Shown here in pieces: positions 8,733 through 16,997 of a stretch of 56,674 nucleotides of DNA. The notes under the pieces are model-generated. The model saw only the letters and a list, made by a program, of their open reading frames with translations, ran no database searches and was not told the origin of the DNA. This DNA is from a virus (Duplodnaviria; Caudoviricetes): the IMG/VR virus record IMGVR_UViG_3300034021_000712, positions 1 through 56,674 of that record. One strand, written 5' to 3'. Every line of letters begins with the position of its first letter. Position 1 is the first letter of the stretch. A program made the position numbers and the translations under genes.

Positions 8733-9069
8733 CCCATGGTGCTTTTCGGTTTAGTATTTCTTTAAATCTTTCCATCACTTTTGGATCGGGTGGAGCATTG
8801 ATACGTTCCATTAAAGCATCATAATCTTGTTGAGATAATACAATACGTTCTGGTGGATATGATCCTTTACCCCAATACTCTTCAAACTTGTGAACATAGT
8901 TCATATGATCCCAACCATGATTGAGATTCAACCAGAACTCAGCATAACGTTGGTGGTCATCCATTCGCCAATTATCATGATTGATTAGACGATACCAATA
9001 CCAGAAAATTGTATACTTAATCGGTTTAAATCCGATTATCCACTTGTTTAAGAACACTGGAAAGTTCAT
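8704..9069 (-). CDS. Hypothetical protein with a DUF1778/TacA-like C-terminal segment
   Basis: C-terminus ERIVLSQQDYDALMERINAPPDP; probable start MNFPVF at 9069. Confidence 0.65.
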   Translation of the reverse strand: MNFPVFLNKWIIGFKPIKYTIFWYWYRLINHDNWRMDDHQRYAEFWLNLNHGWDHMNYVHKFEEYWGKGSYPPERIVLSQQDYDALMERINAPPDPKVMERFKEILNRKAPWDDDYEQPTT

Positions 9070-9314
9070 TGGCGATACCAATCTAATTCGCGTTGACGAT
9101 ATGCAAGGAAGTCAAATGAGATGGTTAGTTTATATACAGAAAAGTTAAATCCAATCAAACTCTCCCCTAAGATATTCATTAAGAATAATGGTCTAGCAGC
9201 ATAGTGTGACCAATCTAAGTTAAATTGGAATAGATTGAACAGTCTGGTGCAGAATACATTCAAATACCATTCGTGCCCATAATCGTAAACATGATGATAA
9301 TCAAACAGTTTCAT
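9066..9314 (-). CDS. Hypothetical protein
   Basis: 82 aa coupled ORF. Confidence 0.7.
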   Translation of the reverse strand: MKLFDYHHVYDYGHEWYLNVFCTRLFNLFQFNLDWSHYAARPLFLMNILGESLIGFNFSVYKLTISFDFLAYRQRELDWYRQ

Positions 9315-9517
9315 GGGAGATTCTCCACTTCTTTGGATAGTGTCATCATATCACCCTTGTCAAGCACTGTCAAGTTGTTGAGCTTCTGGGCTGTCATAGT
9401 TCTCACATGTTCCATAGTTTTGCGAATGATAGCAGCAACAAGCTTTTGCTCGCTGTCTGCCCATGTGTTACGCTCATTCCACACAGAATCCATTAGTTTT
9501 TGCGCTCTTTCAGTCAT
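9311..9517 (-). CDS. Hypothetical protein (RAQK...AAIIR family)
   Basis: Probable start MTERAQK at 9517. Confidence 0.7.
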   Translation of the reverse strand: MTERAQKLMDSVWNERNTWADSEQKLVAAIIRKTMEHVRTMTAQKLNNLTVLDKGDMMTLSKEVENLP

Positions 9518-9753
9518 TACCACCTACCTAATCTTAATTTACGTTCTGGGGAAAGATATGGATTGTATGGGTCATCATAAGGATAGATATATTCACACAT
9601 CCAACCCCAAGATAATGCCTCCCAGAAGTCATCAGGAAAGTGCTCAACCGTTTCATGACAATCTATGATATATCTAATATTGAAAAATCCCTCACGAAAC
9701 CATTCCCACTTACTCATTCCCCAATATTCATCGTGTGTCATTTTGCCTCCCAA
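9517..9753 (-). CDS. Trp/Tyr-rich hypothetical protein
   Basis: 78 aa coupled ORF. Confidence 0.7.
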   Translation of the reverse strand: MGGKMTHDEYWGMSKWEWFREGFFNIRYIIDCHETVEHFPDDFWEALSWGWMCEYIYPYDDPYNPYLSPERKLRLGRW

Positions 9754-9956
9754 AATCTACCATCAGGACCACAAGAGTAATCAAGTGATTCCCAACACTT
9801 AGCACGGAGCATATCACAGAACCTGCTCTCATTACCAGTTACAAGATTTTGTGAAGTATTTGGTGATTTGCAAGTATCGTGTCGGTGTCCCATTCCCATA
9901 AGGTGAGAGAACCAATCCTTACGATACCATTTGCAATCTTTACAAAGTTTAGTCAT
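9738..9956 (-). CDS. Small Cys-rich (metal-binding) protein
   Basis: CKDCKW...C...C...CG pattern. Confidence 0.7.
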   Translation of the reverse strand: MTKLCKDCKWYRKDWFSHLMGMGHRHDTCKSPNTSQNLVTGNESRFCDMLRAKCWESLDYSCGPDGRFWEAK

Positions 9957-10408
9957 GAATAGTTAACGTGTGAATGTGTTTGCCAAGTAAAGATTGGTTG
10001 ATCTCTACGATTAACCTGCACTTTTACATGTTCTGGGATAAGTTTAGCATACTTCTCCATGAACTCTTCTTCTGCGAGTTCTTCAAATCCATACATGTAA
10101 TGGTCACAATCAACGAATTTAGTGAATTTTTCTTTCTCTCTGTCTCTACCATCATAAGATTGATAGTTACGACAAATCATTAACCAGAATGATCGACCTT
10201 CACCAGTAGCAAAATAATCAATCGCAAAGAAACGATAAAATGGCTTTTCTTCTCGTTTCGCAGCTTCTTCAAGCATTTCTTCGTGTGTCATAAATCCATC
10301 ATAAGTAGTGTTTAACCATGGAGCATCATCTTTCATTTTTGCCCATCCTAAATTAGGCCAAGTGTCTCTAAAAATTTCGTTTAGCTTTTGGTTTTGGTAA
10401 TACATCAA
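9953..10408 (-). CDS. Hypothetical protein
   Basis: 151 aa ORF with DYFATGEGRS motif. Confidence 0.7.
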   Translation of the reverse strand: MMYYQNQKLNEIFRDTWPNLGWAKMKDDAPWLNTTYDGFMTHEEMLEEAAKREEKPFYRFFAIDYFATGEGRSFWLMICRNYQSYDGRDREKEKFTKFVDCDHYMYGFEELAEEEFMEKYAKLIPEHVKVQVNRRDQPIFTWQTHSHVNYS

Positions 10409-10595
10409 AGCAAACTGAATTGAATTTTCCCTTTATTCCTCTTAATTCTATTTTAGTGTGTTGAGAGTGAATTTCCACCTTCTCAACATGATATTTGTCT
10501 CCTACAATGAGAATGCCTGTTGGATCATCATTGTTTCCCCAGTTGATTTGCTCTTTAGAGCATCCAAGGAATTTAACTGTATCACCCGATCTCAT
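10368..10595 (-). CDS. Hypothetical SH3-like small protein
   Basis: GDTVKF...GDKYHVEKV...FNSVCF. Confidence 0.65.
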   Translation of the reverse strand: MRSGDTVKFLGCSKEQINWGNNDDPTGILIVGDKYHVEKVEIHSQHTKIELRGIKGKFNSVCFDVLPKPKAKRNF

Positions 10596-10971
10596 CTTCT
10601 CCTAGCTCCACATCTTCTACAAGATTTTTTAGTCGATCAAAGAAATCTTCATCAAGGGGAATGAGTTTTTCCTCACCACGATCAACACGATCCATCATTT
10701 GCATTAAGCTTTCAAGAAATTCTTTTGGATAAACATCGTCATCATTTAATCCAACCCAGAACCAGTCAATACACTCTTGTTCTGGATCTTCTATTGTTCT
10801 GAGGAGGGCATAATTCTCATAAGATGAACTCATGAGATCTGCCCACACTCTAAAATTACAACGAATAGTTTGCCATCCAGTCATCCAACAATGACCGATC
10901 CAATACTCCCACCAATTCAAGGTGGTTCTATTTTTCTTTGGTGCTGTTCCTCTTACTGGTGTGCTATACAT
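10582..10971 (-). CDS. Trp-rich hypothetical protein
   Basis: 129 aa, LNWWEYWIGHCW. Confidence 0.7.
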   Translation of the reverse strand: MYSTPVRGTAPKKNRTTLNWWEYWIGHCWMTGWQTIRCNFRVWADLMSSSYENYALLRTIEDPEQECIDWFWVGLNDDDVYPKEFLESLMQMMDRVDRGEEKLIPLDEDFFDRLKNLVEDVELGEDEIG

Positions 10972-11132
10972 TATGGATACAAGGGTGGATGATACTTTAG
11001 ATACTCACGAAATGTCATCTTCATTTCTTTAATTGTCATTCCACAGTGGCTGGCTGCTTCAGGAAGATTCATCGTGGAATGAAACAAACCTTCATTCGCT
11101 TCTTTAACTGTCTGTGGTGTCGTTTGATTCAT
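10971..11132 (-). CDS. Small hypothetical protein (53 aa)
   Basis: Manual translation MNQTTPQTVKEANEGLFHSTMNLPEAASHCGMTIKEMKMTFREY... Confidence 0.7.
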   Translation of the reverse strand: MNQTTPQTVKEANEGLFHSTMNLPEAASHCGMTIKEMKMTFREYLKYHPPLYP

Positions 11133-11281
11133 TTGATTCCTACTTCTTTCAAATATTGATGATATCTCAAAAATCTAGTCATCGATGGCTCAACTTCTAG
11201 ACTCTTACAACATTCCAAATATGATATCCACTCAAACCATGGTGTAGTTGGATCTAATGGAAAATAATATTCATCTTTCAT
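11129..11281 (-). CDS. Small hypothetical protein (50 aa)
   Basis: Manual translation MKDEYYFPLDPTTPWFEWISYLECCKSLEVEPSMTRFLRY... Confidence 0.65.
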   Translation of the reverse strand: MKDEYYFPLDPTTPWFEWISYLECCKSLEVEPSMTRFLRYHQYLKEVGIK

Positions 11282-11287
11282 ATGATT

Positions 11288-11533
11288 TTACTCTTCTTCG
11301 AGTTTCATGTCAAGTTCCTTTCTTAATTCTCTGGCACGTTTTTCGCCCATTCTTTTCAAATTCCAAGTATCCCAACGTAGGCGAGGATAAAATTTAACCC
11401 AAAAAATAAATCTATGGAAATTGACCACAGCCAACTTCCATAGAAGGGTAATATATTTTGCTACATTAGGATCTACAACTATCACATATGCGATAATAGC
11501 AAATAAAGCGAACCAAGTATAATAATAATTCAT
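11288..11533 (-). CDS. Small membrane protein
   Basis: N-terminal hydrophobic segment, 81 aa. Confidence 0.7.
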   Translation of the reverse strand: MNYYYTWFALFAIIAYVIVVDPNVAKYITLLWKLAVVNFHRFIFWVKFYPRLRWDTWNLKRMGEKRARELRKELDMKLEEE

Positions 11534-11545
11534 TTTTGATTTTAT

Positions 11546-11815
11546 TTATGGCATGGGAACACACCAGTAATTGTTTTTGTCACGATACTGATACAAACAT
11601 TGCTGACCATATCCATAACCATTTCCCCAGCCATACCCATATCCATAAGGTCTATAAGGTGGCAGCCAAGTGTAATTTTGGCGGGCAACTGCACCAGGAT
11701 CATACTGACAGATCCTCTCCCCGACTCGATTAAAATAACAATTATAGAATCCAGGTTCAGCCTGAGCTGGATATGGTGCAATTGCTAAAAGTGTAGCCAG
11801 AATGAGCTTTTTCAT
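11546..11815 (-). CDS. Small secreted Gly/Tyr-rich protein
   Basis: Signal peptide MKKLILATLLAIAPYPAQA; YGYGYGWGNGYGYG; four Cys. Confidence 0.7.
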   Translation of the reverse strand: MKKLILATLLAIAPYPAQAEPGFYNCYFNRVGERICQYDPGAVARQNYTWLPPYRPYGYGYGWGNGYGYGQQCLYQYRDKNNYWCVPMP

Positions 11816-12735
11816 AGTAGGGCAAGAAGACCTTGAGAGTCTCGGATACGTTTCTCTGCTAGTTTAGCATACTCTGGATTCAGCTCAAAGCCAATATACT
11901 GTTTACCAAATTTAACAGCAACCTCTCCAGTGGTGCCAGATCCCATGAAGGGGTCGATCACCACCCCACCATCGGGGCAGCAGGTTCTAATAGGCTTTTC
12001 AATCAATTCTGGAGGATAAACTGCAAAGTGAGCCCCACCATAAGTCGTTGATGATACATCCCAGACCGTAAATGTGGGTCTTTTGGGGCATTTGCCCGAA
12101 GCAATAAGCTCTTCGTAGTTAAAATCCCTGTCGATGCCTGTTTCCTCGCGCATCCTGGCATAATGCTTGTCTTGGTTGGCAGAACTGAGGGAAAATCCCT
12201 CTTTATCATCTACCTGGGCATCTTTACGCTTGTCTACGTTATTTTTAGAGAACATCCTTCGAATAGAGATCTCTGCCTGAGGAACCATCATAGGATCACG
12301 ATCAAAATAATACTTTTTGACATCCTTCACAAACCAAAAGAACTTCTCATGGTTCGACCAATACCTATCTTTAGATGAGATTGGTTGAGGATTTGGTTTA
12401 TTCCAAATTATTTCGTTCCTAAGATGCCAGCCTCTATCAGACATAGCAATCTCAAACCTACTAGGAACTTGCAGCAGCCTTTTCTTGTCATAAGTGTCTG
12501 CAATGTTCACCCAGCAGGATCCACTGGGCTTCAGAACACGATAGACTTCATCGAAGACTTGGCACAGATTCTCTACAAAATCAGCTACACTAGATTCTGC
12601 CCCAATCTGACCATCGCTCTTGTAGTCTCGGAGATTGTAATATGGTGGAGAGGTTACACACATATCTACTGAAGAATCAGGAAGATTCTTGAGGTTAGTG
12701 ATGTTGTCACCAACGTGGATGATGTTAGTTTGCAT
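11812..12735 (-). CDS. Beta-class amino-methyltransferase (N4-cytosine/N6-adenine DNA MTase)
   Basis: Motif IV TSPPY N-terminal, HFAVYP, motif I DPFMGSGTT C-terminal; probable start MQTNII at 12735. Confidence 0.93.
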   Translation of the reverse strand: MQTNIIHVGDNITNLKNLPDSSVDMCVTSPPYYNLRDYKSDGQIGAESSVADFVENLCQVFDEVYRVLKPSGSCWVNIADTYDKKRLLQVPSRFEIAMSDRGWHLRNEIIWNKPNPQPISSKDRYWSNHEKFFWFVKDVKKYYFDRDPMMVPQAEISIRRMFSKNNVDKRKDAQVDDKEGFSLSSANQDKHYARMREETGIDRDFNYEELIASGKCPKRPTFTVWDVSSTTYGGAHFAVYPPELIEKPIRTCCPDGGVVIDPFMGSGTTGEVAVKFGKQYIGFELNPEYAKLAEKRIRDSQGLLALL

Positions 12736-12736
12736 A

Positions 12737-13222
12737 TCAGGGCTTGAGGGCATATTGGTCATAGGGGAAGAGATCAAAGAACTGCTTTACAGTTACTTTG
12801 CCGTCTTTGATCGTTCCATTCTCCGTCAATTCTACTACTTTGTCAACAGGGATCTCATAGAATTTTGGAGCTTCAGTGAAGCGGGCTCGTAGATCACAGA
12901 ATACATATGAATCTACAGAACTCAATTTCTTTTTGTAATCATTCTCATCATAAAACCGACCCTTGCCAGTTGCTGTAGATGGAGAAAAGAAAACATATTG
13001 TGTCTTACAGATGTTGCGAACCTCAATGAGCTGATTGAGTCGTTCTTTAACCACAACATCGTAAGGAAGTTGTTTTCCAACAACACGTTCACCACCAAGA
13101 AGCTTGGCAACAGCAGCCTCAGTGATAGGTGAAGTTCCACTGCCATTTACAGTGTCGATGAACTCATCCAGACTAATACCATAGCCATCAGCAATTTGCT
13201 GAGCGTTGATGTTCCAGAGCAT
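12737..13222 (-). CDS. Hypothetical protein, possible PD-(D/E)xK-like endonuclease
   Basis: E...PYD-x10-IEVR arrangement; directly upstream of the MTase. Confidence 0.5.
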   Translation of the reverse strand: MLWNINAQQIADGYGISLDEFIDTVNGSGTSPITEAAVAKLLGGERVVGKQLPYDVVVKERLNQLIEVRNICKTQYVFFSPSTATGKGRFYDENDYKKKLSSVDSYVFCDLRARFTEAPKFYEIPVDKVVELTENGTIKDGKVTVKQFFDLFPYDQYALKP

Positions 13223-13245
13223 AGTGGTGATTTAATTACAGTTTA

Positions 13246-13279
13246 ATTATAACAGGGCATAGCCCCCCTTGCAAGGGCT
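13246..13279 (-). promoter_or_regulatory. Sigma70-type promoter for the putative nuclease-MTase pair
   Basis: TTGCAA-17 nt-TATAAT with extended TG; -35 flanked by AGCCC/GGGCT. Confidence 0.78.
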
Positions 13280-14532
13280 CAAGCCAGTGCAAGAGGTGGC
13301 ACACCCTTCAGGAAGATGGCATCAACTACTGTTTGGAGACGTTTGACGATCTGAGAACCATAATTAGTGTAAACAGGCACAGTAACGTAGCCACAGGGTT
13401 TGCGATAAAATTGACAATCACCAGGAACAAGCACCCCAGTCGCAATATCTTCGGCGTCTTGTCGATCAACTCGAATAACACGCCCGATAGTTTGCGCCAT
13501 TTCAACGATGTTGAGATTCCTAAGCAGGATTGTGTGCGTAAGCCCTGGGACGTTGATCCCTTCGCTGAGAATGGAATAGTGAAGGAGAATGAATTTCCGC
13601 TGCGGATCCTTACCCCATTCGGTGAGAGTGTCAAAAAATACTTCGCGGTTGACCTTTTGTTTGTTGACATAAGCCCCATGTTTAGAAGTGATGTGGAGGA
13701 TATCATATCCCCGCTCAGAGAGACGCTCTAGAACATCACTCTGACTGAGCATGTTCCAAAGAATTTTGGTGCTAGGTGCAGCCACAAGAATCTTAGCAGC
13801 AGCAGATTCATCGAGAGAATCAACGATATCAACAACAGTGTTAGAATCTACCGTTGCAGCAGTCTCTTTGCTACGAAGAAAATCAGTCTCATGAGCAACA
13901 ACCTTGGGAGGAATGATGCTACCGTTGGCAATGAGCTTAGGTGCAGGAATATTCATGAGAACATTACCATACACTTCAGGGTTGTTCATGCCCCTAGCAT
14001 GTTTTTGACTGATTCGTGGAGTAGCAGTGAAATAATAGCAATTCTGAGCATATTGGCTGATTGCAAACACGCTGGTGAAGAAGTTTCTACCAGTCGAGTT
14101 GTGAGCCTCATCATAGTAAATGACATCGATATCAATACCACTATCGATAATCTTAGGAAGAGAATGATAGGTAGTATACAGAATACGATGGCTATTAGAT
14201 TGCTCTGCCATCTTCACGAAACCAGCAATTTTGTCTGGATTCGTGGTCTTGAAGTGCTTAGTTTCACCGCTGTGAATGTGAGCAGGAATAGCAACGTTAC
14301 TAAGAATGTGCTCACTAAACTCAGCCTCAAGCTGACTCGCCAGAAGAATTCTCGGAGCACAGACAACAATAGTCATCGGACGCTGAGCTTCATTAAGTCT
14401 GCGCAGACAATCAAAAATCATGATGAGGGTCTTGCCACCACCAGTAGGGCAATAGATAGAACCTTTGTTTGCAGACTTCAGAGCATCTAGAGCTTTTTGC
14501 TGGTGGTCACGAAGTTTCATAGAATCAATCAT
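13279..14532 (-). CDS. SF2 DEAH helicase (ResIII-like)
   Basis: Q-motif LRDHQ, PTGGGKT, YDEAH, TAT, LSEGINVP, QTIGRVIR. Confidence 0.9.
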   Translation of the reverse strand: MIDSMKLRDHQQKALDALKSANKGSIYCPTGGGKTLIMIFDCLRRLNEAQRPMTIVVCAPRILLASQLEAEFSEHILSNVAIPAHIHSGETKHFKTTNPDKIAGFVKMAEQSNSHRILYTTYHSLPKIIDSGIDIDVIYYDEAHNSTGRNFFTSVFAISQYAQNCYYFTATPRISQKHARGMNNPEVYGNVLMNIPAPKLIANGSIIPPKVVAHETDFLRSKETAATVDSNTVVDIVDSLDESAAAKILVAAPSTKILWNMLSQSDVLERLSERGYDILHITSKHGAYVNKQKVNREVFFDTLTEWGKDPQRKFILLHYSILSEGINVPGLTHTILLRNLNIVEMAQTIGRVIRVDRQDAEDIATGVLVPGDCQFYRKPCGYVTVPVYTNYGSQIVKRLQTVVDAIFLKGVPPLALA

Positions 14533-14542
14533 TTACTTGTAA

Positions 14543-14579
14543 AGGATAGCAAAAATTATCCCCCCAGTCAAGGGGGGAT
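14543..14579 (-). promoter_or_regulatory. Sigma70-type promoter with -35 in a hairpin loop
   Basis: ATCCCCCC-TTGACT-GGGGGGAT; TTGACT-17 nt-TATCCT with extended TG. Confidence 0.75.
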
Positions 14580-14596
14580 GGATAAAAATATTTTAT

Positions 14597-15232
14597 TTAA
14601 GAAAGGATTTCTAAAAGATTAGGTAATGGCTTTTCTTTTTTGGTTCTTTTCTTTTTTACATTCTTTTTGGCATTATGAAAATTGCCATCATAAAACTCAA
14701 TTGCTGCTCTAGAGTTATCTCTAGGCTTTTTATACTCAAGATTATCTAAGAGATTGTTTTTAGGATTAGTATCTAAGTGATCAATAAAAACAGTATCCCT
14801 CACCCAGTCTATAACCTTAGGTGGGATTCTTCTCTGCCCAACCATATCAGGAGTGATAACTTCAAACCAACTATCTTCCAATTCTTTTGGTGGATGATCG
14901 TATATAGATCTAAATGTTCCCATCATTAACTGATGGAGATACAATGTTATTCTAGCTTTCTTGCTGTTCTTTTGTCTGCAACTGTAACTATATGTTGGAT
15001 CCCAGTTTTCAGGTAAAGTAAAATCTAATTTTTGATGGAGTTTATCTTTTGAATTTCTAGGTGTCATCAAGTGAACTCTATTTTTGAATCTCAAGAGACT
15101 GTATACCTTTGCACTCTTAGTTACATAATATCCAGGAAGTGGATATCGGTAAACAGCTGGATATGCTAACTCTCCATCAATTAATATAGGCTCAGATAAA
15201 TCAGTTTGCAAAAATTGGCACGACTTCGACAT
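14597..15232 (-). CDS. Free-standing HNH endonuclease (homing endonuclease-like)
   Basis: LYLHQLMMGTF...IDHLDTNPKNNLLDNLEY..N; NUMOD4-like N-terminus (PGYYVTKSAKVYS). Confidence 0.8.
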   Translation of the reverse strand: MSKSCQFLQTDLSEPILIDGELAYPAVYRYPLPGYYVTKSAKVYSLLRFKNRVHLMTPRNSKDKLHQKLDFTLPENWDPTYSYSCRQKNSKKARITLYLHQLMMGTFRSIYDHPPKELEDSWFEVITPDMVGQRRIPPKVIDWVRDTVFIDHLDTNPKNNLLDNLEYKKPRDNSRAAIEFYDGNFHNAKKNVKKKRTKKEKPLPNLLEILS

Positions 15233-15356
15233 TAACGCATCCCTCTTCTTTCACATGCGATTCCCAAAAAATGGCATCATCAATCTTCAAAAATGTTGCT
15301 GTTTGCTTGCTGAACTTGTTCTTTTTCGGCTTCAGATACACTACTTGATACTTCAT
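15201..15356 (-). CDS. Small hypothetical protein (51 aa)
   Basis: Manual translation MKYQVVYLKPKKNKFSKQTATFLKIDDAIFWESHVKEEG...; follows the promoter at 15381-15410. Confidence 0.65.
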   Translation of the reverse strand: MKYQVVYLKPKKNKFSKQTATFLKIDDAIFWESHVKEEGCVNVEVVPIFAN

Positions 15357-15380
15357 TATTTCTAGGTGGATATCCATAGA

Positions 15381-15410
15381 ATTTTAACACCTCATCATAG
15401 AGGTTGTCAA
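15381..15410 (-). promoter_or_regulatory. Sigma70-type promoter
   Basis: TTGACA-18 nt-TAAAAT with extended TG; the spacer contains an ACCTC/GAGGT inverted repeat. Confidence 0.7.
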
Positions 15411-15415
15411 GGTTC

Positions 15416-15721
15416 TTATTTGTGTTCTGCAACGTTGTGCCCTCCTCCTGTAAATTCTGCAACAATTCTACCATCCTTTATCTTCTCAAATCTCTCTGGA
15501 TCCACTGCAATCTCATCCCAGTTTTGAGTATAAACTAGCATGTGAACATCATTCACCCTCTTATCTCCTTCTGTTATACAGATGGTAACATATTCATCAC
15601 AGACAAATTTAATGTAACCAGAATGTGATCTATATTCAACATAAGATCCTTCTTTCAAAGACATAATGATATCACGAAGTTCTAGTGCGTGTGAATTCCA
15701 GAGAAACAGAGGTGTGGTCAT
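15416..15721 (-). CDS. Hypothetical protein
   Basis: GSYVEY...GYIKFVCDEYVTICI; coupled ORF. Confidence 0.7.
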   Translation of the reverse strand: MTTPLFLWNSHALELRDIIMSLKEGSYVEYRSHSGYIKFVCDEYVTICITEGDKRVNDVHMLVYTQNWDEIAVDPERFEKIKDGRIVAEFTGGGHNVAEHK

Positions 15722-16380
15722 GGAAGAGGAATTAGTGAGAATTGAGAATCTGGGATTGATGCTCTGAGAGTCACATCATACCCTAAAGTAATTCTAGGAC
15801 CTTTAAAGTCTTCATTAACAAATACTTTATGCTCTCGATATCCAGGACCAAAATAGATTTGCCCTGGCTTGTTTACGATCTCATAATGGTCATCACCATT
15901 TCGAAACTTAGTAACTGTTTCTTTAGGATCAATGGAGATATAACCATGATAATCCCAATGATGATCATGCCAATCAAGAACAGTATCTGGTCTATGAAAG
16001 TTCATCCAACATTGATACCAAGCAGGAGTTGCATCACCAATAGAAAGACGAATGAGTGATTTCAGTTGCCTTTGAATCTCATAAAAATAAGGTGATGGTG
16101 CAGTCAAAGCAAACACATTATAGAAAGAATAACCCGACAAATTTGAGTTTGAATTGTTCATTTCATTTTCAATGAAGTTGTGATCCTTCGCCTGTAAGAT
16201 CTGAGGGAGATCACCAAAAGTAAGTTCCTGTCTACGAGTAAGAGAAGAATCTACATTGACAAATACGTTCTTAAAATTTTCGTATGCAGTGTTTAGATCC
16301 TCAATAATTTCTCTCTGATAGCTTTCAATAAAATCGCTTTTATATAAAACCCAATCAGTTCCGTGATCAATTAATCTCAT
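15718..16380 (-). CDS. Putative 2OG-Fe(II) oxygenase
   Basis: W.N...WHDH...GYISI...PGQIYFGPG..EHKV...RITLGYD double-stranded beta-helix pattern. Confidence 0.75.
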   Translation of the reverse strand: MRLIDHGTDWVLYKSDFIESYQREIIEDLNTAYENFKNVFVNVDSSLTRRQELTFGDLPQILQAKDHNFIENEMNNSNSNLSGYSFYNVFALTAPSPYFYEIQRQLKSLIRLSIGDATPAWYQCWMNFHRPDTVLDWHDHHWDYHGYISIDPKETVTKFRNGDDHYEIVNKPGQIYFGPGYREHKVFVNEDFKGPRITLGYDVTLRASIPDSQFSLIPLP

Positions 16381-16997
16381 TTTAAAGCCTCCATGTTTAA
16401 GTTAATTAGATTAAAGTTTAGCACACATCGGTGTGTGTCATTTGCATAAGAAGAGCAATGAAAATGATTGCTTGGAAAGATAACCACTCTACCACGCTTA
16501 GGTTTAATTGGTTCCTTCAAAATATCAAAGTCGTTATCATTCTGAATCTTATCAAATTCTTCTTTAGTATAATCCTGGAGATGTTGCTGAAGAACGTGCG
16601 TATCTCCATTATTTGTATTGACATAATATAGCCCACTCCAAGAATTTCTATAGAAGTGGTCAACATGAGGTAGGTGCCAACCCTTATCATATCCAACTTC
16701 TTTCTGGAATAGATTTAGCCTCATGCTATCAAGTTTGTTCCATTTAATCTCTGACTCTCTTTCGCTAATAGCCAGAATAATAGGATAGAACATGTCAAAT
16801 AAATTAGATTTGACCGTATCATCACTATAAATGTAATGAAAAAATCCAGGAACATTTCTAGGATCTCTTTTTTTCACAGCAGAAATTGCATGTTGTTTAT
16901 AATACCAGGGGATTTGAATTTCCTCGTTGAAAACAAAATCTTCAATCCATTTCTGTTGAGCTTGAGGAATAATATCATCAATAATATAATATTTCAT
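16377..16997 (-). CDS. 2OG-Fe(II) oxygenase
   Basis: PHVD, LYYVN..GDT, PKRGRVVIF...HCSS...RCVLNFN. Confidence 0.85.
   Translation of the reverse strand: MKYYIIDDIIPQAQQKWIEDFVFNEEIQIPWYYKQHAISAVKKRDPRNVPGFFHYIYSDDTVKSNLFDMFYPIILAISERESEIKWNKLDSMRLNLFQKEVGYDKGWHLPHVDHFYRNSWSGLYYVNTNNGDTHVLQQHLQDYTKEEFDKIQNDNDFDILKEPIKPKRGRVVIFPSNHFHCSSYANDTHRCVLNFNLINLNMEALK

Noticed and set aside
11542-11781. 79-aa alternative-frame ORF
   Set aside because: Overlaps 11546..11815, which has a signal peptide and ATGA coupling to the MTase.
13326-14490. Alternative-frame and antisense ORFs over the helicase
   Set aside because: Fully nested in a motif-complete helicase gene; no independent signals.
14597-15232. 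Group I intron around the HNH gene
   Set aside because: The flanking genes appear complete and there is no room or visible core structure for an intron.
15280-15474. 64-aa minus-strand ORF
   Set aside because: It spans a promoter (15381-15410) and overlaps two better ORFs, 15201..15356 and 15416..15721.
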